The position numbers were made by a program, and so were the translations under genes. From Octopus bimaculoides (lineage: Eukaryota), in NCBI RefSeq assembly GCF_001194135.2, contig NC_068991.1, positions 77,195,817 through 77,259,816 on the forward strand: 64,000 bases of DNA, in the 5' to 3' direction. The notes under the pieces are model-generated. The model did not search any database and had not been told where the DNA came from. It saw nothing but the letters and a program-made list of their open reading frames with translations. Every line of letters starts with the position of its first letter. The first letter of the stretch is position 1. Of this stretch, positions 25,934 through 38,198 are shown in pieces.

Positions 25934-25994
<61 letters not shown>

Positions 25995-25995
25995 A
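25934..25995. repeat. (CTA)n microsatellite
   Basis: Direct reading. Confidence 0.95.
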
Positions 25996-26551
25996 ACTAT
26001 AGCTACTACTTCAGAATCACTAAGTTCCTACCACTGCTCTCATCACCACCAGCACTATAGTCTGCCCTAACCACACAGCCACCACCATTCACTGCCAACC
26101 TCAACCACTACCTAACCCTAACCCTGCCAAATTTGCATTCCTTTCATCTGGAATTTGGTCTGAAATTTAACATAATTTCACCTCAGAGATTTTAGAATCA
26201 GAATATCAATTCCGACTGATGCTAGAGCGTCAGAGAACCAAAAATCTCTGGAGAATGGAAATTTAGTTCTGTTTTGGTTGTTGTAATAAAATATAAAAGA
26301 AAAACATTACTTTCATGTGCTGCTGCTGCTGCTGCTGTTGTTGTTGTTGTTACTATGATAGTCTTTTAATCAATAATCAATCGCTTAACTTACTGATATT
26401 GTTCTTATTACTCAATATTATTTGTTAAGCTTATTTCAAACCCACCTTCTTCAGCCTAATCTTGTTTCTTCCTCTTCCTCTTCTTGTGTATGTATGTATA
26501 TGTTTGGATGTGTGCGTGCGTGTATCTGTGTGTATGTGTGTGCGTGTGTGC

Positions 26552-26596
<45 letters not shown>

Positions 26597-27424
26597 TACA
26601 TGTGTGTTGATATACACAAATGGTTTAACCATAAAGTTATAGGCTTTTCACTCTGGGCAGATATAATCCGTTTCATCTCAGTTATTTCATAATCTGCCAG
26701 AATATGTATATGAATACCTTTGTCATCATTATGCTTTTCCATTAAATAGAATATCCACTTTAGTGGTGGCCAGTTATTTGTGCATGTTTCCATGTAGCAT
26801 GCGAGGATTGTTGCACAAAGCGTCTTCATAGCCTAAAACAGAACCAGAGTCCAAATCCAGCAGCAACACTGATTTGAAACCAGATCCAATAGCAAGGCTG
26901 ACTGGCAACTGGGTTCATTAACTTGCTTTTTTTTTTTTCAAAGTTGAAGAAATAACATAACTGGGCAAACAAGTGGCAGAACTTGTTGAGCACTCATGCT
27001 ACGGATGGTATTTTTATATAGCTAGATGGGATGGAAGGTCCAAGTTGAGTTTCCTGTCACTGAACACAATGTAACACTGAGGCTAAAACATAAACTGCTG
27101 ATCAACTATAAACTCAGTGAGTTAGACATTACATAGATACGTCTTGATCCTGTTATGACTTACAATTGCGATTGCTGAATAGTTGATCAATAATTTGAAA
27201 CCAGTCATGCATCAGCTGCAAATTCTAATCGTATGGCTATACCAGTCATTGGCATAGTAGTAGCATCATCCCCTTGTTAACTAAACAGCAACGTGAGTGG
27301 CTAGTATGAGGCTTACTCAGCCAGATATTTCCCACATTTCAGCAACTCTCCTTTACGGTCCACTTACTCTCCCTGCCTTTATATATTTCTAATTGTGCTT
27401 GCAACCACCATACTGCTGATAGCT

Positions 27425-27770
27425 TCAATCACTGCTCTCTATGTTGAGTCTGCATGGTGCAAGTGTACTGTTAGCAGTCCATACATACTTCTCTCTTGCA
27501 CACTGCCTTGCAATCCCAAACATGTTTATGCCTCGGAATACGTAACAAAACTCTTTTAGTTTCGGTTGCTTTTTTATAACTGGCATTTCAGTTTCTCTTC
27601 TTGCTTTATGACATTGCCCTTGCTGCTCCTTTGGTCTTTGATACAACCCAGCCCATGCCTGTACTCTGGTGAGAACAATCCAGTGTTGCCTTACTATCCA
27701 TTGTTCACACAAATCAAAGAAAGTCTCTTCGCGTGTAGATTCATTCTTCCACAAGACATTCAGCTGTCAA
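27425..27770 (-). mobile_element. Possible decayed piggyBac-like transposase C-terminus
   Basis: Across frames: ...TRRDFL/FDLCEQ (RR.FL..L..QL-like), followed by a Cys-rich tail RIPRHKHVWDCKAVCKREVCMDC*QYTC. Alternative reading is a 113-codon open exon after a strong acceptor at 27771. Confidence 0.3.
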
Positions 27771-27806
27771 AGGAGAAGAGTGTGTGCATATGTATAGGCA
27801 TGTCTG

Positions 27807-27814
<8 letters not shown>

Positions 27815-27842
<28 letters not shown>

Positions 27843-27960
27843 ACATCCAGTGTTTTAAATCCGGGTTTTGATCCTGTTAACAGGGGTGGCTGGATCTACC
27901 TCAATACCATAGCAACTGCCCTCACACCATCTCACCATCTCACCCGGTTTTGAGCGTCCT
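27815..27960 (-). repeat. Interspersed repeat with (CAT)n tail, homologous to 54950-55040
   Basis: catccagtgttttaaatcc.gg...aacaggggtggctggatctacctcaat.ccatagcaactg is shared in opposite orientation with the 54.9-55.0 kb copy. Confidence 0.75.
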
Positions 27961-28239
27961 CCTTTTTCAAACCAACCCTCCTAATTTCCTCCTCCACCTT
28001 TTCCTGCATATGTGTATTTTTCATTTTACATCTGTTTTTCCAAGCAAGCATGAGTTGGACTAATACATGTTATTATTGAAGTAATCTCTTCTTACCACTA
28101 ATCTTTACTTGTTCTTCAAGTAAGAGATTTTTTTTTACTCCACCTATCTTCAAAAGTACAGTTGACTGGACATTACTGTGTTTTTCTGGACACTTTCATG
28201 CAAAGACACATAATGTAAGCATTTACAAGGACATACATA

Positions 28240-28394
28240 GACATCTAGTTTCTGCTTACCAATTCTACTCACAAGGCATTGGTCAGCCTGAGACTAGAGT
28301 AGAGGTACCTTGCTCAAGGTACTACATTATTTGATAGAACCTGCAGCCATGTGTTTACACAACCATGTATACACACACAAACATGCTCACTCAC

Positions 28395-28444
<50 letters not shown>

Positions 28445-28800
28445 TCTCTCCCTCTTTCACATATAAACGCATACATAAATGGATGGACTCTCCCTTGACC
28501 ATCCAGTTGACCAGTCAACTGGACAACTTACTCATTGAATTAGCATGCAAAGAGGTACACACACCCCTAATGTGATGTTCAGCTAACACAAGAGTGACAA
28601 AATTGAACCTTGGAATTATTATGGGTTTGACCTATCTGGGGTGGTCACCCATACAGTTTCAATCCACTCAATTCGCCTTACATGAACTGGGTTAACTTGA
28701 AGCTATAGTAAAGACACTAGTTCAAGGTGCCCCACAGTGGGACCGAACACGTGACACTATGGTTAGAAAGCAAACTTGTTCATCACTCAGCCATACCAAC
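28240..28800 (-). mobile_element. Two degenerate family A heads (about 28240-28350 and 28650-28800) flanking a (CA)n
   Basis: gctatagtaaagacactagttcaaggtgccccacagtgggaccgaac is a reversed tRNA-like head. Confidence 0.65.
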
Positions 28801-29259
28801 ATACAGCATGAGCACGCACGTGCACATATGCACGCATGTATGCACACACAAATAAATAAATAAATAAACAAATAAAACGTTAATAGAGGTCTTCATTACG
28901 GGTTTGATTTAATTGAGACTAGACATTTAGCATGCTATGCTGCATAATTTTTGTAAGCTCAAGTGTAACAGGAACTGCAATGCTGCACCATATAGCTTTC
29001 TAGTCACCAGAAATGTTGCAATTAAGGGAAAAGCTGCACTAATGCATAACCTTTTCATTCTGCTTTGTACTTATGGGGTTGATATTGTCTCCATCTTTTA
29101 GGAATTTCTTGTGATATTAAATAACTATGCAAACACAAATGCTCTCACACTCACACACACACGTACACACTCACACATCGCATGCACACTCAAATATACA
29201 CATATTCACACATTTGTGAATGTGGCTGTGTGTATGCATGAATATATCTATATCTATAT

Positions 29260-29294
<35 letters not shown>

Positions 29295-29869
29295 CCTTTT
29301 TATGCTTTATGTATATGTAGTTGGATTTGTCTGTGAATTTCACATGCCTATTGAGTTTTCATCCCTCCTGCCGTCCTCCTCTCTCTTTTTCTCTTCATAT
29401 ACATTCACAAACACACACACATTTGCATGTGTTGAATAATTATACCTGTACACATGCATGTATGACTATATGATGTACATGGATTGGCACCAGTGATAGC
29501 TAAGATAATTATTTAACAGCATAAGTCAGGTAAGTGAAGTTTATTGAACAGTTCGGGATTTTGGTTCATGGATAGGCAAATTAAATTTGGCACTCAACAT
29601 TTGTCTTGGCAAATTCATTAGAGAGAGAGAGAGAAAAAAAAAGAAGGAAACAGCATTTGAAGGTGAAGAAGGACAAAGTCATCAGTATAAAGGAGATGAT
29701 TAATAAAATCATTTTGACAGCTAATGATTTGATTTTAGAAACTTGCTGTTAAGATTTCGATTGTTGTTGTTCTTCCTGTTGTTGATGCTTTAATCTTTGT
29801 CTTCGTGATCTTCAGCTGTTTTCTGTAAGAAATGTGTGCATGCAGAAACGCTTGCACCCCCCACCACCA

Positions 29870-30040
29870 TCATCATGATCACCACCACCACCACCATCAT
29901 GATCACCACCACCACCACCATCATTGTTTTATGCATCTTATTTTCCAAAGCTTGCATGGGTTGAAAATAACTTCTCAAGGCAATATTCTATGGCTGGATG
30001 CTTTTCCTGATGTCAACCTTTGCTTGTTTTCAAGTGAGGA
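29870..30040 (-). mobile_element. Family B, degenerate, with (CAC/CAT) tail
   Basis: tgcatgggttg...tatggctggatgcttttcctgatgtcaacc. Confidence 0.6.
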
Positions 30041-30149
30041 AATTTATCTCATGTCCTTACCTGATTAACCACTGAGCTACAGGACTTTATCAATATAGTG
30101 GTATCATAATGTTCCCAGACTAGTTTTGTTTAATAAAAAATAACTTATT

Positions 30150-30345
30150 TACCTAAGTTTTAACATCACCTTCTTTGAAATAGTCGCCTTGCACAGCAAT
30201 ACACTGGCCCCAGCATTCCTGCCACTTTTAGAATCCAGCCAAGAAGTAATTTTTTGTAAGCGAGCTGAGGACCTTCTGTGATTTGCTCTGGATTTTGACA
30301 ACAGTGTTAAAACGGTATCATCACCAACAGCTTTAAAGAATGACA
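30150..30345 (-). mobile_element. Mariner transposase C-terminal fragment
   Basis: ..RFNTVVKIQSKSQKVLSSLTKNYFLAGF*KWQECWGQCIAVQGDYFKE matches the canonical mariner end (W..RW..CI...GDYFE). Confidence 0.8.
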
Positions 30346-30499
30346 AACAATAAGCTCTAGAAATAAGCAAAAAAATCAAATTGATAGACCAAATTATGTA
30401 ATTAACAGAAATAGTTACACTGCAGCTAATTAGGAGAGTCAGTAGGAATGGAAAATATTTGAGGATCCTGTTAGAAAATGGCCCTTCCAGTATCTTCTC

Positions 30500-31440
30500 C
30501 TTACTAAGTTAGCTGCATAAGTTCTTTGTTATGAGCAAACCATTATAGTAATCATTTGTTGATCTGCAGAGTGCACTTGACAAGGGGCTTTTCTCTGTCG
30601 TTTGGTAATTGCTAAGTTCCCATAATATGAAATGTAGATAAAATAGATTATGACAGCCATATCAACCATGTACAGATGAGTGATAGCAATGATTTTGGTA
30701 AAGAATCTGGCATGCAGCTAAGGTTAATTATGTTTCCTTGCCATAAAGAGAAGTTCAAGACTGTCTGGAGAACAGTTGTGTAGCCATGATATACCTCTGA
30801 TTTCTGAACCATCTAAAGAAATAGAGAAGAAGTTGAATATATGGAAGCAAAGCCTATATTCAGGAACTCTAAAAGTAAACCTCTGAGATTAGTATCTTAG
30901 TGACAAAGAATAGTGATCAACCACTTGGGAACTGATAAGGCTTATTATGCCAAAAATGGTGTAGGTAAGAAGTCTGTACTGTACGCATAATAATACAAGA
31001 AATGCAGTGGAATTATGCATAAGGAAATAAGACTTCATGTGGAGCAGTAAGTGCATTCATTATTTCAAATGATGGAAAGAAGCCTCTCTAAAAATACTTG
31101 AAACATTCGTTAACTGAGACGGCCAAGAAATCAAAGCATATTAACCAGTGTAAGAACAAGGTTGAAAACCTTTGGGGAGCTGTTTACCTCTGTTGGCATC
31201 AAGGGGATTACTTCCTTGAATGACAAGTAGATGCTTGTGTACAAAGTGTAATAATATTGCATAGAAGCAATACAAAAGTAATGAATGCAGTGGACGTTGA
31301 AAAAGCTGGACAGGAACGAGGTGTCTATGTTAGATGTCAGAGCACAAATTAGCTGAGAAGAAAACTTCTGAGAAGACTAAACTAGGATGGATATGTAATG
31401 CCTATAAAAGGATGACAGTTGGATAAAATGGTGTCAAGAC
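30500..31440 (+). mobile_element. Decayed RTE-type LINE, RT to C-terminal region
   Basis: Collinear motifs: KPL...FVDLQSALD, EKFKT....YSHD, EIEKKLNIWKQSL...LKVNL, NGVGKKS, RTR..TFGELF...IKG, DACVQSV....LDRNEVSML. Confidence 0.75.
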
Positions 31441-31734
31441 ATCAAAGTAGTACTCGATACACAATGAAGGATTCTCAATATAGTTGTTCAACCTACCTAC
31501 TAGAAATAACAGCTAAATCTCTCTTAAATCATGCCGCATCATCATAGAAAAGGACAAAGTGCATAGTATTGTCCTGGATTTCTTCAAAGAAAGGGAAAAG
31601 ATGGATCGATAATAACTAGAATGCCTTTAATTATAGAGCTGATTGATCAGAGTTGATTTGGGTGTCAGTAAAAGCAGTAATAAAAAGGATTCCAGACATA
31701 CACACACAAAGCCATTAATTCTGAAATCGTCAAT

Positions 31735-31872
31735 CTATTTGACCCCTGTCCTTGACTGGTGTTTTATTCATTCCAGAAAGAGGAAATGCCATGGAATTTG
31801 AATGTGGAATTTTGGGGAAGTAATAAATAATACCACCAGGTATTTTGTCCATTGCTCTACAGATTCTACCAG
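31735..31872 (-). mobile_element. SINE family C, degenerate
   Basis: Reverse complement of the gaattcaaattcc...gaataaaacaccagtcaaggacaggggtcaaa core. Confidence 0.55.
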
Positions 31873-32319
31873 TCCAAAAAAAAAAATATTTCTCATTGAG
31901 AAATGAATCCAGATTTCTTTAGAAACAAAGCAGTTCAAACATCTACATTCAAATTTTTGAAAGATTATTATCAATTTAATTAATGTGAAGTTGCATACAA
32001 CGAAGTACTGAGACCTGGGTATCTTGCCTGCAGCTTCCCTGTATATTTTGCCACTCATCACTTTGATGCATTAAAAATGCTAAAGTTTTTTCATAGAATT
32101 AGGTATCAGCACTAAATAAGCTTTTCCAAACACCAATGGTGGGAAATGAAACATTTGGAAGATGTATTTGTGTGCGTGTATGTGTGTAATATGCTTGTAC
32201 GCACACATGTTTATATTTATGTCTGTGTATGGTTGTATGTACTGGCAATGTACACACTCAAACATGTATATGTATGTATGTATATATATATATATTTATA
32301 TATATATATATATATATAT

Positions 32320-32360
32320 NNNNNNNNNNNNNNNNNNNNNNNNNNNNNNNNNNNNNNNNN
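32320..32360. other. Assembly gap in (TA)n
   Basis: N run. Confidence 1.
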
Positions 32361-32388
32361 TATATACTACACTTTATCGTGCAGTTAC

Positions 32389-32422
<34 letters not shown>

Positions 32423-32719
32423 ACAATAACAATAGCAAAAACGAATTGCCAGTCTGATAGAAAATTTAGGCTTATAAAAAAAAAAGGAAACACAGATTTA
32501 GTTTTTGTTTAAAGTTGAGAATGTTGTAAAGTAGACACTTAGCTGAAATGTCTCAATATGACATGTGCATTAAGGATAATGCATACATTTATGCTATGTG
32601 TTCAGTGGGGGGAAGGGGAGCATGTATTTTGGTGCATACTGAAAAGTGCATGCCTGATATCATGGCGTATCAATGGAAGGGTGAGAGAAAGAAACAGAAA
32701 AAAAAAGTGAGAGAGAGAG

Positions 32720-32925
32720 GAAGAGGGAGTTGTTGGAAAGGGTGTTGAGAGAAAAAGAAAGAAAGAGGGAGAGGGAGTTGTTGGAAAGGGTGTTGTGAGA
32801 GAAAGAAAGAGAGAGGGAGAGGGAATTGTTGGAAAGGGTGTTGAGAGAAAAAGAAAGAGAGAGAGAGAGAGAAAGACAAAGAGGGAGAGAGAGCGAGAGA
32901 GAGAGTTGTTGAAAAGAGTGTTGAG
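32720..32925. repeat. Purine-rich minisatellite, about 50-bp unit (gagggagttgttggaaagggtgttg + GA-rich spacer), 3 full copies and 1 diverged
   Basis: Direct reading. Confidence 0.85.
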
Positions 32926-32944
32926 GCTTGAAAGTGCCAAGAAA

Positions 32945-32978
<34 letters not shown>

Positions 32979-33118
32979 ATAACAAGGTATGCTGTTTAAA
33001 TATTAGTAGACTATAAAGGTAAAGCTTTTCAAGCTTGGCTGCAATACATGTGAAGTGTGATAATGTAGTATTTGAAGTGTGATATCGTAGCTGTTATATG
33101 AAAATGTAATATTTTCAG

Positions 33119-33145
33119 GTGAACACCACCATTGATTTCTTTTTG
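33119..33145 (+). other. Candidate 27-nt exon (VNTTIDFFL), unverified
   Basis: Acceptor taatattttcag and consensus donor g|gtaagt. A phase-compatible donor (aag|gtatgc) lies about 130 nt upstream. Confidence 0.2.
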
Positions 33146-35275
33146 GTAAGTGCCACAGAGTAAGAGAGGCTGAAGAGATGGACTACTTTCAATTCTTCTG
33201 CAGATAATGCTATTTCATCTTATTTATGCTGCTAATATCCTTTAGAAAGGCATGAACATCACACAGCATCCTATTTCTCCTGCTCTACAGCTTTGTGTTT
33301 AATAATAAGAGTAATCAAAAGTAGTCTTGGAACGGAATCAAACGTGTTTTTCTTTGTTGTTGTTGTTGTTGTGGGGTTTTTTTCCCCTGGGGGTGCCCTA
33401 ATTGAGCAGACTTATGATCAAAGGTGTTTCCACAATGACTACTCTGTCTTTTATTCAGGCATAATGTAGCATGGACTATATTACCCAACATATCCTTTCT
33501 ATTTTAAGATGATGTGATTTTAAAGGGATTTGACTGCTATATCTAGCATATTGTGGAGCCTTACACTCACATGATGGCTTATATGTTTTTCTTTCCATTG
33601 TTCATCTTTAGTTGATTTTATGAACACAGGGATTATTTTGTTACTGTTTGTTGTTATTTAACCCTAGGTCAACCCCAACTAAGCAAATCTATGTTCAAAA
33701 GCATTCCAGTTATGATTTCTAATCTTTTTTCGCAGGATATCAATGCTGGAATACATCATCTAATGTGTCCTTCAAAATGGTAAAGTGTGAATTGAGGGAC
33801 ATTTACCTGTTATTTCTAGTGGTTCAAGTCACTACATAAAGGTTGCCTCATCTACTGTGATTGATTGAGATTGGTGACACTTCTCATTTGCAATGTCTTC
33901 TTCATATTTTGTCATAAGAAAACGAAACAGATTTTGAAGATATGTAGCATAAATGCAAGATGAGGAATGTCTGCTCTGAACTTGAGACATTAAGATTTAG
34001 ATTGTGCCACAAGAGTTTGGAGATGCAGTAGGACTTTATCTCCAGAGCAGCACTGATTGAGCAGTGATTGGACTCGCATCATAATGATTACCTATTTAAG
34101 CTACGACCAGCAAATCTTTTGATTTAAGAATTGTGTGACCTAGACTACATTATCCAAAACGTCTTTTTTTCTAAAGACAGTAGCGTGTAGTTTTACAGTG
34201 ATTTAACTGTTATCTCCAGCAGGTAGAGCAACCACATAGAAGATCTTTATTGGATTGATGATAAACTCGTGCAAAGATGGAAAATGAAGTTAATGAGAGT
34301 GAATTTTAAATTTGTAACTTGAACTGGCAAGATTAAACGTAATGTATTTAGTCAGCTATCCTTGTTTCTTGGTGGATAACGTTGATTTTATTTGGCTTCT
34401 TCCAAGACTAATATCTGTATAGAAGGATAATTGTTATTTGAACTTATTGCATAATTGTCAATAAGATATACTGTACATAATATTATTGACACTAGAGTTA
34501 TAAAACTTAAATTAATCCTAGTGGTAGTTGAACACAGAACTTTTCTGACAATTTGGCTCAAAGCTTCACACATGTGGAAGGTCTTAGATGACCTAATTAA
34601 TCGTTAGTACATTAAAAAAAAAAAAGCTATAATGATTAATCACTGCACCAACTATAACAAGAAAAGCATATTATCAATTGCATTGATTGCAGTATATATT
34701 ACTGGTACTTATTTTATGAACCGAACAAAGCTATGAAAAGTAGTAGTGATGTTTGAATGGTAAAGCTGGGAATCATAAAAGTAAATACTGCAATACATAT
34801 TGCTTCCATGCTCTACAGATTCTGACAAATGATATTAATAATAAAATATATGAATCATTGATGAGTAGAAATTTACTATCTTAGGTGAAAATAATATGAT
34901 TATCATGGGATTATATAATATGGAAAAACATGATAAGCATTCATGATATATTAAAATTTGATATCTGAGGTAATATTGAAAGTAATAATGTAATATTTGA
35001 AGTGTAGTATTAGAATGAGTGTGGTTTTGTTTCTTTAATATTTTTTCTTTGTACAATTTAGACTTATTGCTTTTTATTAGAAATATTGTTCGTTCAGATT
35101 AAGGTCGATGCATGATGAAGTGTGAAGCGAGGTGGCTAGCTGTATGCCAAACGCTTTTGTTTGAGATGGGCAATTGTTTAATGTGTAACTGAATTAGTAG
35201 ATAGTTGTATACTATCTCAGTTTAATCTACCCAATACACCTGTCTCTCATTATTCATAGTGTGTCTTGCTCTTAC

Positions 35276-35399
35276 CCTCTGGGATCGCACAAACCACTCC
35301 CACAGACGTTAACTTACAGATGTTTAAACTGAATAGCAACCACATCAATTTCACTAGTCTCAGAGATTCTGCAACAATTATGGACATTATCTCTTCCTG
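35276..35399 (-). other. Candidate exon (124 nt, or 82 nt with the internal GTAAGT donor at 35317), unverified
   Basis: Acceptor ttttgcttttatggatttaaccag; donors gagg|gtaaga and catct|gtaagt. Open frames QEEIMSIIVAESLRLVKLMWLLFSLNICKLTSVGVVCAIPE and GRDNVHNCCRISETSEIDVVAIQFKH. Confidence 0.25.
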
Positions 35400-35959
35400 C
35401 TGGTTAAATCCATAAAAGCAAAATGGCTCAGTGAACATTGATAGTACAACAAACAGTTAACATAACATCTGACTCGGCTAAGCCCATTATATAATCAATC
35501 ATCTAATCAAGATTTTGAGGATCAGAAAATTTAATCTTTCTTCTTTATGGGACTTCAGGTCTATAACTCTTTCATAAATAGAATTTTATGGGGTGTGAAA
35601 AAATCCAAGAATTCTTCCAGTTTTATTTTTTTATTAAAAGGTCTTTTATCTGCTCCTATCTTATCCAATCCCCTCTGTTGACCAGCTTTCAAGTCGTTTT
35701 TTCCTAGTTCTGAAACATCCATCTACAGATAGTACCAGTTGGCTTCTTCATGATACCAAAGTGATCCAGTTCTTCTCTCTCACCCAAAGAAGAACTACAA
35801 TCTAGTTCACTACTTGTCATTTTTACAGTATTCCTATTGTTTGCAGCAGCAGCAATTTCCTCACCATTCTGTTATGTCTGTTTTAGACTCATTGATCTGG
35901 AGTTCACATGTCTGGGCAACAAACACAATGCAACACCAGTGACATAGCTTGAGACTAAT

Positions 35960-36340
35960 GATTGTTTAGTCCCCAAGAAGATCTGAACGAATTTCTTTAG
36001 AGCTTTGGAAGTGTTTCTAGAAGCTTCTCATTCATTGGCATTAGTAGGTGATTGGAATAGTATATTAGATATATTCAGGGATTGTGTGAGAGTAGTTGAG
36101 GATAAGAGATATAATGCAAAACCCTTGCAAATCTGATCAGGCAGTTTTAACTGTCTGACATAAACCACTGTGGATCAACCAGACTGTAATTGGAATTTTT
36201 GTCAGGTTAGTCGATACACTCAGCTTCAGCTGTCCACAGTTTTAGGGAGTTAGATACTTGGGTCACAAATTCATGATCAGTCCCCACTCAACTTTGACAA
36301 GATCAAAAGACGGGGACCCAATTACTGAAAGCTCAATTTA
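35960..36340 (+). mobile_element. Tx1/L1-clade APE endonuclease fragment
   Basis: RALEVFLEASHSLALVGDWNSILD..RD (GDFN motif), Y.GHKF (SDH-like), DKIKRRGPNY*KLN (WKLN motif). Confidence 0.7.
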
Positions 36341-36849
36341 TCTTTCTCAGGAAGAAAAGATTAATGAATTACTTAAACAGAAATTAACATATGGAGGGTC
36401 TCACTAAAGCAAAATATAGTACAACCTCCATTAGCTTTAGCAATAGGAGAGCCATTGCAAACAAGGTATTAGCAATGAAAATGGCACTCAGCCATTTCTT
36501 TGTGAAAGGTGTATGGCTTGTAGTAGAGTTCTAAACCATAAGAGCACAAATGCTGATTGATAGGCTCGGGTGGAGATGTGCAGCTTGCAACAAAGCTATT
36601 CTTTAACTTCTGATTAATTACAGTGGTGTATGTTATGTGTCTCAGTTGACATCAGTTTTCCACTAGTATTTTGCTGAATTTTTCACAAGGAGAAACAAAC
36701 TGATGATGGACTTCAAAGCCTATCTCAATACTTTTCTGTGATTCCTGATAAGAGAGGCAAATTGCTGTGAAAAGCATATTTAAGCAGATGAAGGGAGGAG
36801 CATTTGGAACTGCTGCATGAAGGACCAATTGTTAGGATCAGATAGTTTA

Positions 36850-36960
36850 TTTATGAGCTTTTTTATTGACTCCCCCAATGTCTCACTGGTACTTAATATA
36901 TCAACTCTGAACGGATGAACAGCAAAGTTTACCTTGGTGGAATTTGAACTCAGAACATAG
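36850..36960 (-). mobile_element. SINE family C fragment
   Basis: cactggtactta.tatatcaactctgaacggatgaacagcaaagtttaccttggtggaatttgaactcagaac. Confidence 0.7.
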
Positions 36961-37149
36961 TTCACTCAATAGAGCAAAAGTATTTTCTTTGGATTTCTTA
37001 CTTACCAGCAAAGGACTTCATAATAATAATAATAATAATAATAATATCACTGTTACCAGAGTTAAAAACAGAAAAGGTTCATTACGAGATATTTTGTTGT
37101 GTACCTTTATTTTTCTAAACATGCATTTTGTTCATTGCTTGCTCAATAT

Positions 37150-37251
37150 AGTCACATCTGCAGTACTAAAGGGGGGTGTTAGTCACATCTGCAGTACTAA
37201 AGGGAGGTGTTAGTCACATCTGCAGTACTAAAGGGGGGTGTTAGTCACATC
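37150..37251. repeat. 31-bp minisatellite, 3.3 copies
   Basis: agtcacatctgcagtactaaaggggggtgtt starts at 37150, 37181, 37212 and 37243, with one substitution among the copies. Confidence 0.95.
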
Positions 37252-38102
37252 AGTAGTTGTAGTATGTCTCCAAAATTTTGGCAAATACAAAAACAGAGAA
37301 AAAGAAAGGAGGAAAAAACTGAAAATAAGTGACACTTAAACAAACAGACAATAGTAGAGGTAATTATGATTTTAGAAGTAGTAGAAAGAAAAAAAAAAGA
37401 TGTGAAAATGGACAACTACAAAAACACCATCATTCACACCATAATGATGATGATGATGATGACAACCACCTCCACCACCACCACCACTACCACCACCACC
37501 ACCACAACAACAAGAACAACATCTTTTCTTAAAACTGTAAGCCAAAAATAGTTACTAGATGTGGATCAATACCGGATAAAAGAAAAATGCATAGAAACTA
37601 CATAACAAAAGAAGGAGTAAGGAGAAAGTGAAAAACCTTAGATTTTCAGCAACTTTCAAACGTGTAAAGGGCTTCCCTGTGCCCTTGAATGAAGATTTAG
37701 TGGAGACCCTGGCCAATAAATGGCAGTTTGTGTGGTCAGTCGTTAAGGTCAGTGTGCTACACATCTGTCCACAGACTGGTGTTGCAATTCATGGGAAGAA
37801 GGATTCCAAGGGCCACAACCAGAGACACCAATGTTGACACTTGGCTTGCCTAGAGGATGTGAAACTCTTCAAATAAAAAATTAATAGATATAAGGAAAAA
37901 ATAAAAAAAAAACATATGGGCAAGTTCAGTTTGTAGAAAGTGAGAGTGGAAGATAGCTTGAAGTGGGGGACACCCTGATCCTCACCTTTTTTTTGCCCAA
38001 GCACCCTATGTATTTTATGTATGTATATCCCTGCATGTTTTGTAACACTTTTGTATAACTCATTTTTTATGGAATTTATGGGCCTGTGGAGTCAATGAAA
38101 AA

Positions 38103-38198
38103 TTCTTCTTCTTCTTCTTCTTCTTCTTCTTCTTCTTCTTCTTCTTCTTCTTCTTCTTCTTCTTCTTCTTCTTCTTCTTCTTCTTCTTCTTCTTCTTC
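38103..38198. repeat. Perfect (TTC)32
   Basis: Direct reading. Abuts the 5' end of the Tx1 copy. Confidence 0.95.

Noticed and set aside
26108-26125. Telomere-like cctaaccctaaccc
   Set aside because: Only about 2 units inside a low-complexity C/A-rich tract, which is expected by chance.
29520-29529. 10-nt + strand microexon (acag|cataagtcag|gtaagt)
   Set aside because: Weak pyrimidine tract, frame-shifting length, and no neighbouring exons to support it.
37150-37251. CRISPR-like 31-bp direct repeats
   Set aside because: The units are contiguous with no spacers, the context is eukaryotic, and there are no cas genes.
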